This document shows, in pieces, positions 8,901 through 18,200 of a stretch of DNA of 54,448 nucleotides (its first letter is position 1; each line of letters opens with the position of its first letter). The notes under the pieces were generated by a model, which was not told the origin of the DNA, made no database searches, and saw nothing but the letters and a program-made list of their open reading frames with translations. The translations under genes were made by a program, and so were the position numbers. The stretch lies in IMG/VR virus record IMGVR_UViG_3300045988_021759, positions 1 through 54,448 of that record. One strand, written 5' to 3'. The DNA comes from a virus.

Positions 8901-11900
8901 CGGACGTTGGCCCACAGAACAGAATCCTGTGCGTTGAAGACGTTGCCGCCGTTCAGCTGGTCGGTGTCCTCCATGCCATAGTCCAGCGCGAGGTCGCCCT
9001 CGTTGTTGTTGCCCATGGCAGTGTCCATATCGTAACCGAAGCAGTAGTCCCAGATGGGATGCTCTGCCGTCACGTCATGGCAATGCGGGAACGTGTTTTT
9101 TGCGCGGTTGTCCGGCATAGTGAAGAACGAGGTGAACAGGTAGTGGTACAGGGTGGACTTGCTCTCAAAGTGCAGGTCGAACTCGTTCACGAACTTGGCA
9201 GCGCGGTATTCTGCCGTATCATTGGAATAGGTCACGCCTCCGTACACCACCGGGCTGCTCAGGGCTTCGCCGGTCGCCGCGCTGCGGTCGGTGGAATACA
9301 CCCACTTGATAACATCGCTCCACGCCTTCCGGGCCACGGCCTCGTCACAGCCATCCGCGATGTAGCGGAAAGACAGCGGCGCATTGGGGTTGTCGTCGCT
9401 CTCCCAGCTGGAGGCGTCTTCTGCACCTTCATAGCCCTTGAAACGGTTGTAGACGTGGGTGTTATTGCACAGCTCCACGATGCACTCATTGGGGCGCTGG
9501 GTGCTGTCAAGACCCTGCGCCTTTTTGTCTTTCTTCGAGTTGCCGAAATCGCCAACGCCGTAGAAAATCCACTGACCCTGCGTGAAGCCCTCTTCCGCGC
9601 TCTCGTTATACACGAAGATAACGCAGGGGTGGAACTCCATCGTGTCGCGCACCTTGGGATTCGCTGCGCGAGCCGCCCGGATATACGGCTGGTACTTGTT
9701 GAACAGCTCCGCCAGCATGGCGTTGTTCATATTCTCCGAAGAGGCAATGTTCAGCTTGACGTTGAAGTAGGTTTCGCCCATGGAACCGTCCGTCATGTCA
9801 TAGCTGTCGGCTTCAACCGTCAGGCCGTGTTCATCCGTATAGACGAACTTGCCCTTGCAGTCAAAGTCCATGTTGCGGCCCGCCTTGCCGTAGGCATTGG
9901 AGCTGGTGCCCTGCCCGCGGTGAACGACGCTTTCGTTCTTCCAGCAGTCTTTTGCCCGCGCACCATACAGCAGGTGTTCGACGCTGGATCCGGAGACCTT
10001 ATCGTTTTTGTCGGTGGTGAAGCGCGGAACCCGCAGTTTGATGACGCGGAGACCGGGATTTTTCTTCGCCAGATTGTTGATATACGCCTCGTCAATGGAT
10101 GCTGCATTCCAGTCGGTGATAATGTTGCCCGCGCCGTCGTCCACGCTGTTGCCCTCATAGCGGGCAATCATCTCGTCCGGGTCGGGCGCATCTGCGATGT
10201 AGTTGTCCATCATGTCCGCGTCGCCGAGGCTGATGTCGTAATACTTGCAGCGGTACAGCCAGACATCACAATCCGGGCTGCCGATGGTCAGCGGCACCGG
10301 GGTGCGCTGGGTCAGGCGGTCGCCCTCCGAATAGGTGGCAAACCGGGACGGAATGCCCTGCAAATTCAGGAACAGCTCGCTATTCTTCGTCCGGCTGGTG
10401 ATGTTGTAGCACAGCTCAGTGTACTCGCCCTCGCAAACGAACTGGCTGATGCTGGTCTGCTCGGTGGAGAGGGTCACTTCCTTGGCGTTCACATCCAGAC
10501 CGATACCGTCCGAAAGACACTGTGCAATCACAGCGTCAAACTTGCGCGCGTTCTTGGCCGTGTAGATCATCTTGAAAGATGCGCCGTATGCCTGAATATT
10601 GGACGAGCCGAACAGATTAAAGTTGATGGTTGCCGTATGGCCCGCGCGGACAACAAAGGCCGTGTTGCCGTCGCTGTCCTGCTGAAAGCCGCCGTTGGTC
10701 CAGTCGAAATCTTTATCCACGGTCAGAGATACGCCGTTGGATTCCCATGTGTCGCGGTCTGCTGCGGAGTTGGAGCGGCCCGACGGGTCAAAGTCAAACT
10801 TCGCGTCCACGTTGGCCGGATGGATGTCATAGCCCAGCGCGGTGGCCGTGTAGGTCATGGTGACGGTCGTTTCGCCGCAGGTCAGCGTCAGGGTATGCTC
10901 GCCCTCAGAGCGGGGCTTGTATGCCCACGACTGCAAGCTGCGGCCAACGGTCAGCGTAGTTTCCACGCCGTCAATGGACTGCTTTACAGTCGCGCTTTCA
11001 GTGGAAGGGTCATAGACCATATACTGAAGTGCAGCAGTCATATACACGCTGCCAGAAGGCTTCTTATCCTTGACCGTAATGATAGGGACATTGCTGGAGC
11101 TGTCCACGACCGCAATGCAGAAGTGGATGGTCGGGCTTTTGATTGTGTTCCCGCTGGCGGTCGTAGTCGTATAGATGTCGATGTCGTGAGCGCCGTGGGA
11201 ATTGATGGTCAAGCTCTGCACGAGCTGGCGGCCAGAGTATGTGGTGGATGCTTCCGCCACCTGCTTGCCATCCACGAGGAAGTGCGTGGTCTTGCTCATG
11301 CCGGAGCCGACCGGAGTGTAGGTGATGCGGAACGCCGTGCCCACGGTGTACAGGGTAGACTCCGACAGCGTAGCAGTCACAGAAACAGTCAGAACAGAGA
11401 TATTCCATGTCTTGGAACCGGTCGCGCCGTTCTCGTCGGTGACGACGACGCGCACCTTGTTATCACCGGCCACCAGCCACGCGCTGGGGTCAAAAGTGAT
11501 TTTCTTGTTCTGCACGATGTTGGCCGTGGCCACCTGCTCGCCGTTGACATAGTATGCAGCAGCGCCTCCAAAGTCAGGGTCAGTGTCGGTAAAGGTGTAG
11601 GACACCTCCACGCCCTGTCCCTGTGCGACGGCAAAAGACAGCGCCTTTTCACCGTTGACGTAGGTTTCGTTGGTCAGGGTGACACCGGAGGAGCCACCAG
11701 AACCACTTCCACCGCCGCCGGGGATGTACACCGGGTCAATGACGTCTTTCTCGTTCTCGTCGTACAGATGCAGGTAGTAGGTTTCCGTGTCGTAGTACAT
11801 AGAGCTGAACGCCAGCCCGCCGGAAGCCTTGATGGGCAGCATGATGGTGCCGCCGTTGGTGTAGGTGATCTTCAGGCCATCATCCACGGACTGCACGTCC

Positions 11901-12598
11901 TGAACAACGCCGTTCTCGATGATTTCCTGAAACTGGGCCAGTGTATTTGCTGCTGCGGTCGCCTGAAGCTCTGCGGTCTTTGCAGATGCAGCGGACTTCG
12001 TGGCCGCGTCGGTTGCGGTTTTGACATTTGCAGCAGCATCGGCAGCGTCAGACGTTGCCTGTTCAGCTGCGCTCTTGGCCTCGTTTGCCGTCGTCTTGGC
12101 CTCACCAGCCGTGGTGGTTGCGGTGTTTGCAGCTTCGACGGCCTTGTTGGAAGCGTCCGCTGCTTTTCCTGCCGCCTCCTGTGCAGCACTCGCAGAGGTG
12201 GAGGCTTTAGATGCTTCGTCCTCAGCCTTGGCCGCCGCCGTGCTGGCCTGAGATGCAGCAGTTTGGGCCGTGGAGACCATGCCCTCCGCGCTAGAGGCCG
12301 CTTTCTTCGCGTCGGCGGCATCCTGCACGGCGGTCTTTGCAGCGGACTCGGCGGATGCGGCTTTTACTTCAGCGGATGTTGCCCGCTCTTCGATATTGCC
12401 AACAGATTCCGAGACCTGCTTTGCTGTCGCCGCCGCTTCTTTTGCAGCAGCTTCGGCGCGGTCTGCGTCACCCTGAACAGCGTCTTTCAGGGTTTTGACC
12501 TTCATGTTGTACGTTTCGCCATCCGAAGAGATCAACAGCAGGTCATCGTCCAGAGCTTCCGTCGCAGTAGCGAAGTCCTGAATACGTTTTTCAGCCAT
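5912..12598 (-). CDS. Giant tail fibre / receptor-binding protein, DGR target (2,228 aa)
   Basis: Follows the tail-tip gene (TAAATG junction). Ala-rich coiled-coil N-terminus. C-terminus ...WYWLRDASVSYSTGFVNVGNGGFVGYDSNAANYSGVLPRLHL contains VR. Confidence 0.85.
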   Translation of the reverse strand: MAEKRIQDFATATEALDDDLLLISSDGETYNMKVKTLKDAVQGDADRAEAAAKEAAATAKQVSESVGNIEERATSAEVKAASAESAAKTAVQDAADAKKAASSAEGMVSTAQTAASQASTAAAKAEDEASKASTSASAAQEAAGKAADASNKAVEAANTATTTAGEAKTTANEAKSAAEQATSDAADAAANVKTATDAATKSAASAKTAELQATAAANTLAQFQEIIENGVVQDVQSVDDGLKITYTNGGTIMLPIKASGGLAFSSMYYDTETYYLHLYDENEKDVIDPVYIPGGGGSGSGGSSGVTLTNETYVNGEKALSFAVAQGQGVEVSYTFTDTDPDFGGAAAYYVNGEQVATANIVQNKKITFDPSAWLVAGDNKVRVVVTDENGATGSKTWNISVLTVSVTATLSESTLYTVGTAFRITYTPVGSGMSKTTHFLVDGKQVAEASTTYSGRQLVQSLTINSHGAHDIDIYTTTTASGNTIKSPTIHFCIAVVDSSSNVPIITVKDKKPSGSVYMTAALQYMVYDPSTESATVKQSIDGVETTLTVGRSLQSWAYKPRSEGEHTLTLTCGETTVTMTYTATALGYDIHPANVDAKFDFDPSGRSNSAADRDTWESNGVSLTVDKDFDWTNGGFQQDSDGNTAFVVRAGHTATINFNLFGSSNIQAYGASFKMIYTAKNARKFDAVIAQCLSDGIGLDVNAKEVTLSTEQTSISQFVCEGEYTELCYNITSRTKNSELFLNLQGIPSRFATYSEGDRLTQRTPVPLTIGSPDCDVWLYRCKYYDISLGDADMMDNYIADAPDPDEMIARYEGNSVDDGAGNIITDWNAASIDEAYINNLAKKNPGLRVIKLRVPRFTTDKNDKVSGSSVEHLLYGARAKDCWKNESVVHRGQGTSSNAYGKAGRNMDFDCKGKFVYTDEHGLTVEADSYDMTDGSMGETYFNVKLNIASSENMNNAMLAELFNKYQPYIRAARAANPKVRDTMEFHPCVIFVYNESAEEGFTQGQWIFYGVGDFGNSKKDKKAQGLDSTQRPNECIVELCNNTHVYNRFKGYEGAEDASSWESDDNPNAPLSFRYIADGCDEAVARKAWSDVIKWVYSTDRSAATGEALSSPVVYGGVTYSNDTAEYRAAKFVNEFDLHFESKSTLYHYLFTSFFTMPDNRAKNTFPHCHDVTAEHPIWDYCFGYDMDTAMGNNNEGDLALDYGMEDTDQLNGGNVFNAQDSVLWANVRDLLTDRLNTMVATLTELFDADRLNAAFDTYQKLRPARLLVADARRKYIRPYEDLKEGGTAITMFIPMMNGTKELQRHYFLKYNSIYFASKWNTAAARNDKITLRGFASPTGEIAAITITPYSDLYVSILFGSILKQQRCKRGEPVTLSMSKDTALNDTEIYIYSASMLEAVEGIASVYTNQADFSAATKLRSIVIGSDADGYSNVNLTSSIKLDFSALAVLEELRIDHCPNLTAPVDVSGCVALKVASFKGTPVSAVNFAAGSALETCYLERPVSLTLRNMQNIKTFEVADGYANLTGLRHENTPFPAALDIVNAAAKLYTVRLVGIDWQLTGTDLMNRLLGMGGYDENGLEVQQSSLSGKVYTSVIRQAEVEKYTAAWPDLALTYGGTVQQYKVTFCDYDGTKLTFKDGSPAEILVDRGATCPDPVATGLMDTPTREATQAEVFTYSGWDTVLTQVLSELTVKAAYTSVPQRYTVRWYSQTGVVVGTKTVDYDTEAVPPDDPERTDEEGNFIYRLFNGWDKSTAHVRENMDVYARWIEGSLPNFGDDLSNLNFAQLYGIRQSGRSALYFTEDNIKTRVPFTMGYEPEFDNVESVLLAENMELDGKTSKDTGVKIMDKDAGWTLVVDCVFDQPTAESCVAACFTKTGYHGFKVKYSGGTAVQWSTNTVNNGRGTGLSTISGIGTQYVSDQYRELVVLRHAKGSRNLFVYFANPNGDDIISRELTKTIDTASDATLMLGCDNDGKNFATGFLYRCKLWKDDLGETECLKMAAWPREESYLEVIGTGGATKTGGGTTSIDLIHAGLLNGYHRMNPTNSNAGGWPASEMRSWLQKRYLAGLPSALRRMLVSVHISSVDYGAGTAGILESEDKVYLPSMREMNGTNTEPFVYCGEQIPWFTSDRVRIKFAGYTLAQSVNFTVSSTAPKNPQKGDVWICSADSNVGYLWNGHAWVRARWYWLRDASVSYSTGFVNVGNGGFVGYDSNAANYSGVLPRLHL
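5919..6043 (-). repeat. DGR variable repeat (VR), covering roughly the last 43 codons of the tail-fibre gene
   Basis: 20 mismatches to TR, all at positions where TR has A on the coding strand. The 3' end cggcgttctgccccgg is invariant (IMH-like). Confidence 0.9.
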
Positions 12599-14758
12599 TT
12601 AAGAATTGCCCTCCTTTTCGGTTTCGGTCGTTTTATCATCCGTCCCAGTGTCCGGGTCGGTTTCGGTGTCCTTGTCGCCAGACATTCCTTTCAGCAGAGA
12701 GAGGATGCTGTCCAGCGTTCCCTGTGCGGCTGTCAGCTTTTCGTCCATTGCGGCCAGCGAGGTGGTGTGTCCATCCACCGTGGCGTGAACTTCGGCCATC
12801 TCCGCGGACTGGTCTGCGATGGCCTGTTTCAGCGCCGTCACATCGGTCTGCATTGCAGCCAAACCAGCCGACTGGTCAGCGGCAGATTTCTTCAGCGCTG
12901 TTGTGTCAGCCTGAACATTGTCCAGAACTTTCCGGTCTGCCGTCTGCACATCCTGCACAGCTGTCAGCTTTTCGTCCATTGCGGCCAGCGCAGCAGCATT
13001 TTTGTCTACCACAGACCGAATACCAGCCGCAGCGGCCTTGATATCCGAAAGGGCCGTCTGCACATTAGCCAACGTCGTTTTGATATCCGCTGCCGATGTT
13101 TCCAGCCCCTCCAATGTAGTGCGCTGTTCTGTGAGAGCCGCCTGAACATCTTTGACAGACTGAAGCAGCTGCGGGAGGTTTACGGCATCTTCACCTTCGC
13201 CGCCCTCCATGGACTTCAGTTCTTCCGCCAATCTGTTCACCTCCGTGGCAATTTCATCCGCCTGTTCAATGAGGACGGTTTTCTTGATGCGGTATTTCTC
13301 CACCTCATCGTCATAGAAGATGGCATCTTCCATGTGGCCGGTTTCAGGGTCACGCGCCCGCATGGCGATATAATCATCGGAATACTGCACCTCTGCGCGG
13401 GACACCGGGGCACTCCGCGCACCGGTCATCGACTGCGTTGCAACGCCGCTGGTGGAGTTGCCGGTCTTTGCGACCAGCAGACCATCATCGGCAGACATCG
13501 TAACGCCGCCATAGTCAGCGCTTGCCTCCAGAAATACCTTATCGCGGTTTTTATCGCGCTCTGTCAGATACGGATACTGCCGCGTCGCTTCGGTGTTCGT
13601 CGGGGCACTGATGGTGTTGGAATATCCAATGCCCAGCAGCGCGTCCATAGAATAGATAGAGCTGTGAACCTTGTCGCCGATTTTGACTTGATCTCCCAGT
13701 TCTGTGGCCGGGTCAAACACCGCGTCCGGGGCCGTGAACGGCTCATACTCGATGCCGTGCAGCATCGAATACAGGTCATTGCAAATGCCCTGACAGGAAT
13801 AGGGGCAGTTGTCTACGGTGATTTCAAACCCGCTGTCGTCGCCCCGCGAGTAGGCGTTTCCGTCCTCGTCCGTCATGGTGACTTTGGACACCACAAGCCG
13901 TTTTCCAGTCTCGACATCTCCCCCCACAAACGGAACATGAATAAGGCCCTGTTCAGCTTCTACCGCGCCGGTCTTGTCATAGACCAGCAAAAAGCCATCC
14001 GCCGTGACAATGCGGTTGAACTCGTGGTCCACGACTGGATAGACCTTCGGAACCAGAGAGCCGACGCCGCTGCCGATTTCCGGGGTCTGAATCTCGCTGT
14101 TGCCGGTGGTCAGCTTCCACGCAAGCGTGGAGCCGTCGCCGGTGATGATGTCGTTGAACTTCTCGTCCACGACGTGGTAGTTTTCAGCCGGCGGCGCTGT
14201 CAGTGTCACCAGCCGGAGTTCGCCCTCGTCGGTGATGGTCCAGTTGCCGCCGTTGCAAGCGCCAATCCAGCCCAACACCTGCTGCATGGTATATCCTTTC
14301 GGGAAAGGGACCATGTAGTTCATGCCGCGGTTGATGCGGGTGCGCGGGTCAATCGGAACGCCGATGCGATACGCAATTTCCTGCACAACAACCGCCATAG
14401 ATTTGGGCCAGTCACTTTCGCGGTCCGAATCGTCAACCATCGCTTGCGAGGTCTTCAGCATCGAATCATAGCAGGAGAGCGTATACAGGTTTCCGACGTT
14501 CTTGCAGGTATCGACCCAGAACTCACCGAATGGAAGAACTTCTGTTCGATTTGTGACGTCCAAATCCGTGAGCTGCGCGATGATGCGGACCGATGCAGCT
14601 TCCGGGATTTCCTCGCCGTCCTCCAGCAGCACATCCAGTTTCAAAGACGCTGCATTGCAGTTGCCAATACTGAGCGGTTCCGTTGCAAGGCTGTGACTGA
14701 TTTGTGGCGCAGAAATACGGTAGTATTCTTTGCCCGCAATGACGGCGCGGGCGTTCAT
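12599..14758 (-). CDS. Tail tip/baseplate protein (Dit/Tal-like) with C-terminal coiled-coil repeats
   Basis: 719-aa ORF between the TMP region and the fibre. Repeated AAMDEKLTA.Q... segments. ATG has no adjacent SD. Confidence 0.7.
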   Translation of the reverse strand: MNARAVIAGKEYYRISAPQISHSLATEPLSIGNCNAASLKLDVLLEDGEEIPEAASVRIIAQLTDLDVTNRTEVLPFGEFWVDTCKNVGNLYTLSCYDSMLKTSQAMVDDSDRESDWPKSMAVVVQEIAYRIGVPIDPRTRINRGMNYMVPFPKGYTMQQVLGWIGACNGGNWTITDEGELRLVTLTAPPAENYHVVDEKFNDIITGDGSTLAWKLTTGNSEIQTPEIGSGVGSLVPKVYPVVDHEFNRIVTADGFLLVYDKTGAVEAEQGLIHVPFVGGDVETGKRLVVSKVTMTDEDGNAYSRGDDSGFEITVDNCPYSCQGICNDLYSMLHGIEYEPFTAPDAVFDPATELGDQVKIGDKVHSSIYSMDALLGIGYSNTISAPTNTEATRQYPYLTERDKNRDKVFLEASADYGGVTMSADDGLLVAKTGNSTSGVATQSMTGARSAPVSRAEVQYSDDYIAMRARDPETGHMEDAIFYDDEVEKYRIKKTVLIEQADEIATEVNRLAEELKSMEGGEGEDAVNLPQLLQSVKDVQAALTEQRTTLEGLETSAADIKTTLANVQTALSDIKAAAAGIRSVVDKNAAALAAMDEKLTAVQDVQTADRKVLDNVQADTTALKKSAADQSAGLAAMQTDVTALKQAIADQSAEMAEVHATVDGHTTSLAAMDEKLTAAQGTLDSILSLLKGMSGDKDTETDPDTGTDDKTTETEKEGNS

Positions 14759-14826
14759 GCTGAAGCGTCCGCGAGCTGCAAGCTCTGTCCAGTTGTTCGT
14801 TCTGTGCCTCGTGACAGCTCACCTCC

Positions 14827-15204
14827 TTACTGTTCTGTCATGTTGAATGCCATGCCCACATAGTAGGTTTTGCCGGTTGCCTTGTCGTACCGCTGCGCAC
14901 CAAAGGGGCGGTTTGCGCAGTAGTACGTTTTGGTCAGGTAACGGCCGGCATCCGGGTCCAGCAGCGTGGCCTCGAAAAAGGTCTGCTTCAGGTCTTTCGA
15001 CAGCTGGGCAGCAACCTCTTCCGGGATGTCCATTAAGGTCACGCTCCACTTCATCTTCGCGCCGATTTTGTTTCGCACCATCAGCGCATCCAAAGTGTTG
15101 CGGCCAGACTTCGAGGAATCAACGTCGCTGTCTGTTGGGGTCAGCCCGCCCTCTGCCACCCACTTTGTATAATCATGGCCCCCGATTTTGAGCATCGGTT
15201 TCAT
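14827..15204 (-). CDS. Small tail component (function unknown)
   Basis: 125-aa ORF directly after the tape measure gene. Confidence 0.55.
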   Translation of the reverse strand: MKPMLKIGGHDYTKWVAEGGLTPTDSDVDSSKSGRNTLDALMVRNKIGAKMKWSVTLMDIPEEVAAQLSKDLKQTFFEATLLDPDAGRYLTKTYYCANRPFGAQRYDKATGKTYYVGMAFNMTEQ

Positions 15205-15219
15205 AGGGTCTGCACCTCC

Positions 15220-18200
15220 TTATACTTCCGCAGGTGTCAGCAGCGGCGACGTGCCAAACATCCGGGTCTTGCGGTTGATATAGTCCACGGTGTGCTGTGC
15301 GAGACCGTCTGCATCGACGTTGACCTCCGCTCCGCTGTACTGCTCAACAGCTGCGCAGATGCTATTCGTCGCGCTGCCAATGGCCTGAACGATGGTGCGG
15401 GTCGTCTCGTCGTTCGACGCCTGAATTTTTTCCAGCACACCACCGGAAGAGCTGTTCTTTCCGCCCTCCACGCTGTACGGTGTGACCGTGCCAGTCGCCA
15501 GCGCCGGGATGGAGAATCCTGCGTTCTGCGTGATTTCCGTCAGGCGGTCCAGCAGGTTGGTAAAGCTGTCGGCCACCTTGTCGGAAAACTGCGTCAAAAC
15601 ATTGTCCATGCCCTCAACGATGTCTACTTTGCCAGAAACCTCGGACAGCAGCGGAGTGTCGCTGTCAGCCAGTGTTCCGTCTGCTTCCGCAGTTCCGGCC
15701 TTTACGGTGTCCACCAAATCGCCCATCTGGTCCTTTGCACTGGACAGCAGCGCGGGCATAGCATCTTTCATGCCCTCGTCAATGCCAGCGGGCAGGTATG
15801 CGCCGATTTCGTCTGCCATCAAGGTGGACGGAGAGTGAATACCGAAGAACTTTTTGAAGCCGCTGACAATGCCGCTGCCGACCTTTTTCACGCCGTTCCA
15901 AACGCCGGAAGCCACATTCTTGATGCCGTTTCCGATGCCGCTCACAATGTTTTTGCCGACCTCGACAGCTCCAGACACAGCACTCTTCGCACCGTTCCAG
16001 ATGTTTTTCACAGCATTGCCGACGCCCTGACACACATTGGAGACAGTGTTTTTGATGGCGTTGAACGCATTGTTCACGCCATCTCTAAACCAATCGCATT
16101 TTTTATATGCGACCGTCAGGCCAGCGCCCAACGCGCCGACAGCAGCTACCGCGATTCCGATGGGGCCACCAGCGGTCGCCAGACCAGCCAGCGTAGTGCC
16201 AAGGCCGCCCAGCGCGGAGCCAGCGGCGGCAGCAGCACCGGAAAGGGCCGTACCGACAGAACCGGCAACGCCAGCAGCGCCGGATGCCAGCGCACCCAGA
16301 CCACCGCTCACGACAGAGCCGATGGAACCGACGCCTGCACCAATCGTGGAGATCAGCCCGGATAGGCCGCCGCCCACAGTCGAAGCGATACCGCCGACCG
16401 TAGAGCCAACAGAACCGAGGATGCCGGACAAGCCGCTGCCGACGGTCGAGGCGATGCCCGACAACCCGCCGCTGAAAATAGAGCCAAGGTTCGAGAACAG
16501 GCCCGACGCACCAGACGCAATGCCGGAAAATCCTTTGCTGAAGATGGAGCCGATGTTGGAGATCATCGACCCTGCATTGGACGCAATGCCCGACAATCCG
16601 TTGCTGAAGAAGCCCTTGACAGAGTTCCACAGGCCAGATGCGCCGGAGGAAATGTTCTTAAACCCTCCGCTGAACAGATTTTTGATGCTGCCCAGCAGCC
16701 CGGAGGTATTGTTCTTGATTCCAGACAGACCGTTTTTGAACAGGTCGCCCAGATTCGACATGAACGAGTTGCCTTCGTCGGTCGTGCCGGAGAACATCTT
16801 CTTAAAAGCGTTGCCTACATTCTGGAGGAAACTATTTGCAGTCTTCTGGATGTCACCAGACCCGCCACCAAACAGCTTTTTCAGCCAGTCAATGAGGCCG
16901 CTGCCCCATTTTTTCAGTTCATCAAAGCCGCCGGACAGAAGCTCCAGAATCTTTCCGGGGATGCTCGAAACAAGCGTCCAGAGGTCAGGCAAACCGCCCT
17001 CCATGCCTGTTTTGATGCTCCCGGCCAAGCCCTTGCCAGCATTCTTCAGAATGGTGGTGTTGCTCGCAGAGGACAGATTGCTTTTCAGGCCGGTGACGAT
17101 GTTCACCGCGGCTTTTGCCATGCCTAAGAAGCCCTGCTCGTCGTATCCGGCGTTCAGCGCGTCCAGAGAGTCCGCCACAAAACCGGTGACGTTGGTTCTG
17201 AAGTTCTTGTCGAGGGAGTTGAACAGACCAAGGGCCACGTTTTTGGTCACGGTTGCCCAGTCGCCGCTCTTCACCGCTTCGACAATGCCCTTGATGTTGG
17301 AGATGCCCTTGCCGGAAGAAAGTGCGTCGGAAATACGGTTCATGTTGCTGGTCAGTGCGTCAACCGTTTCATCAACGAAGCCCTCTCCCAGCAGTTCGCC
17401 CTTGCCGTCCAGCGCATCATCTGCGCCATTGTACACAGCCAGACCCAAATCACCAGCTGCATCCACGGCCATATCCGCATTGCCGGTAATACCTCCTGCA
17501 ACACCGGCGTCAAAATAATAGCCCAGTTTTTCGCCCTCAACGGAGGGAGAATGGATGCCCAGTGCATCCTTAAAGGCGTTAATCAGCCAGTTGGATGCCT
17601 GTCCAGCAGCTTCAGACAGCTTTTTCAGCGTATTCTTGATGCCGTTGTAGATACCGAGGATGACGTTTTTGCCGACGCCCAGCCAGTCGATGTCCGTGAA
17701 TTTTTTCTTTGCCGTGTCTCCGATAGACTTCAACGCAAGTGGAAGTTTCGTCTGCAAGGCCACGAAGCCGTTGTAGATAAACCCGATAACATTTTTGCCT
17801 GCTGCTGCCCAGTCGATAGAGGACAGCTTCTTTTTCGCTGCGTCGCCAATGGATTTTAAGGCAGTCGGGAGTTTGGTTTGCAGCGTGACAAATCCGTTAT
17901 AGATAGCGCCAATGACGTTCTTGCCCGCGGTCAGCCAGTCGATGTCGGACAGCTTTTTCTTGATGGCCGCACCAATGGTCTGCATCGCAGCCGGGAGCTT
18001 AGTCTGCAAGGCCACGAAGCCATTGTAGATGGCCCCGATGATGTCTTTGCCGACCTGTACCCAGTTCGTCGCCTTGAGCTTCGCCACGATCTGACCGGGC
18101 AGTTCTTTCACGGCACTCACCACGGTGGAAATGGCCCCGGTGATACCGTTCTTCAGGCCCTCCATGATGAACTTGCCGACCTCGGCCATCTTCTTGGATG

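Noticed and set aside
5918-14863. 2,981-aa open reading frame on the + strand
   Set aside because: It is exactly antisense to two well-supported minus-strand tail genes. Its translation is low-complexity (R/G/A/V/H-rich). It has no SD or promoter context. It is explained by GC-rich codon bias on the sense strand avoiding the complements of stop codons.
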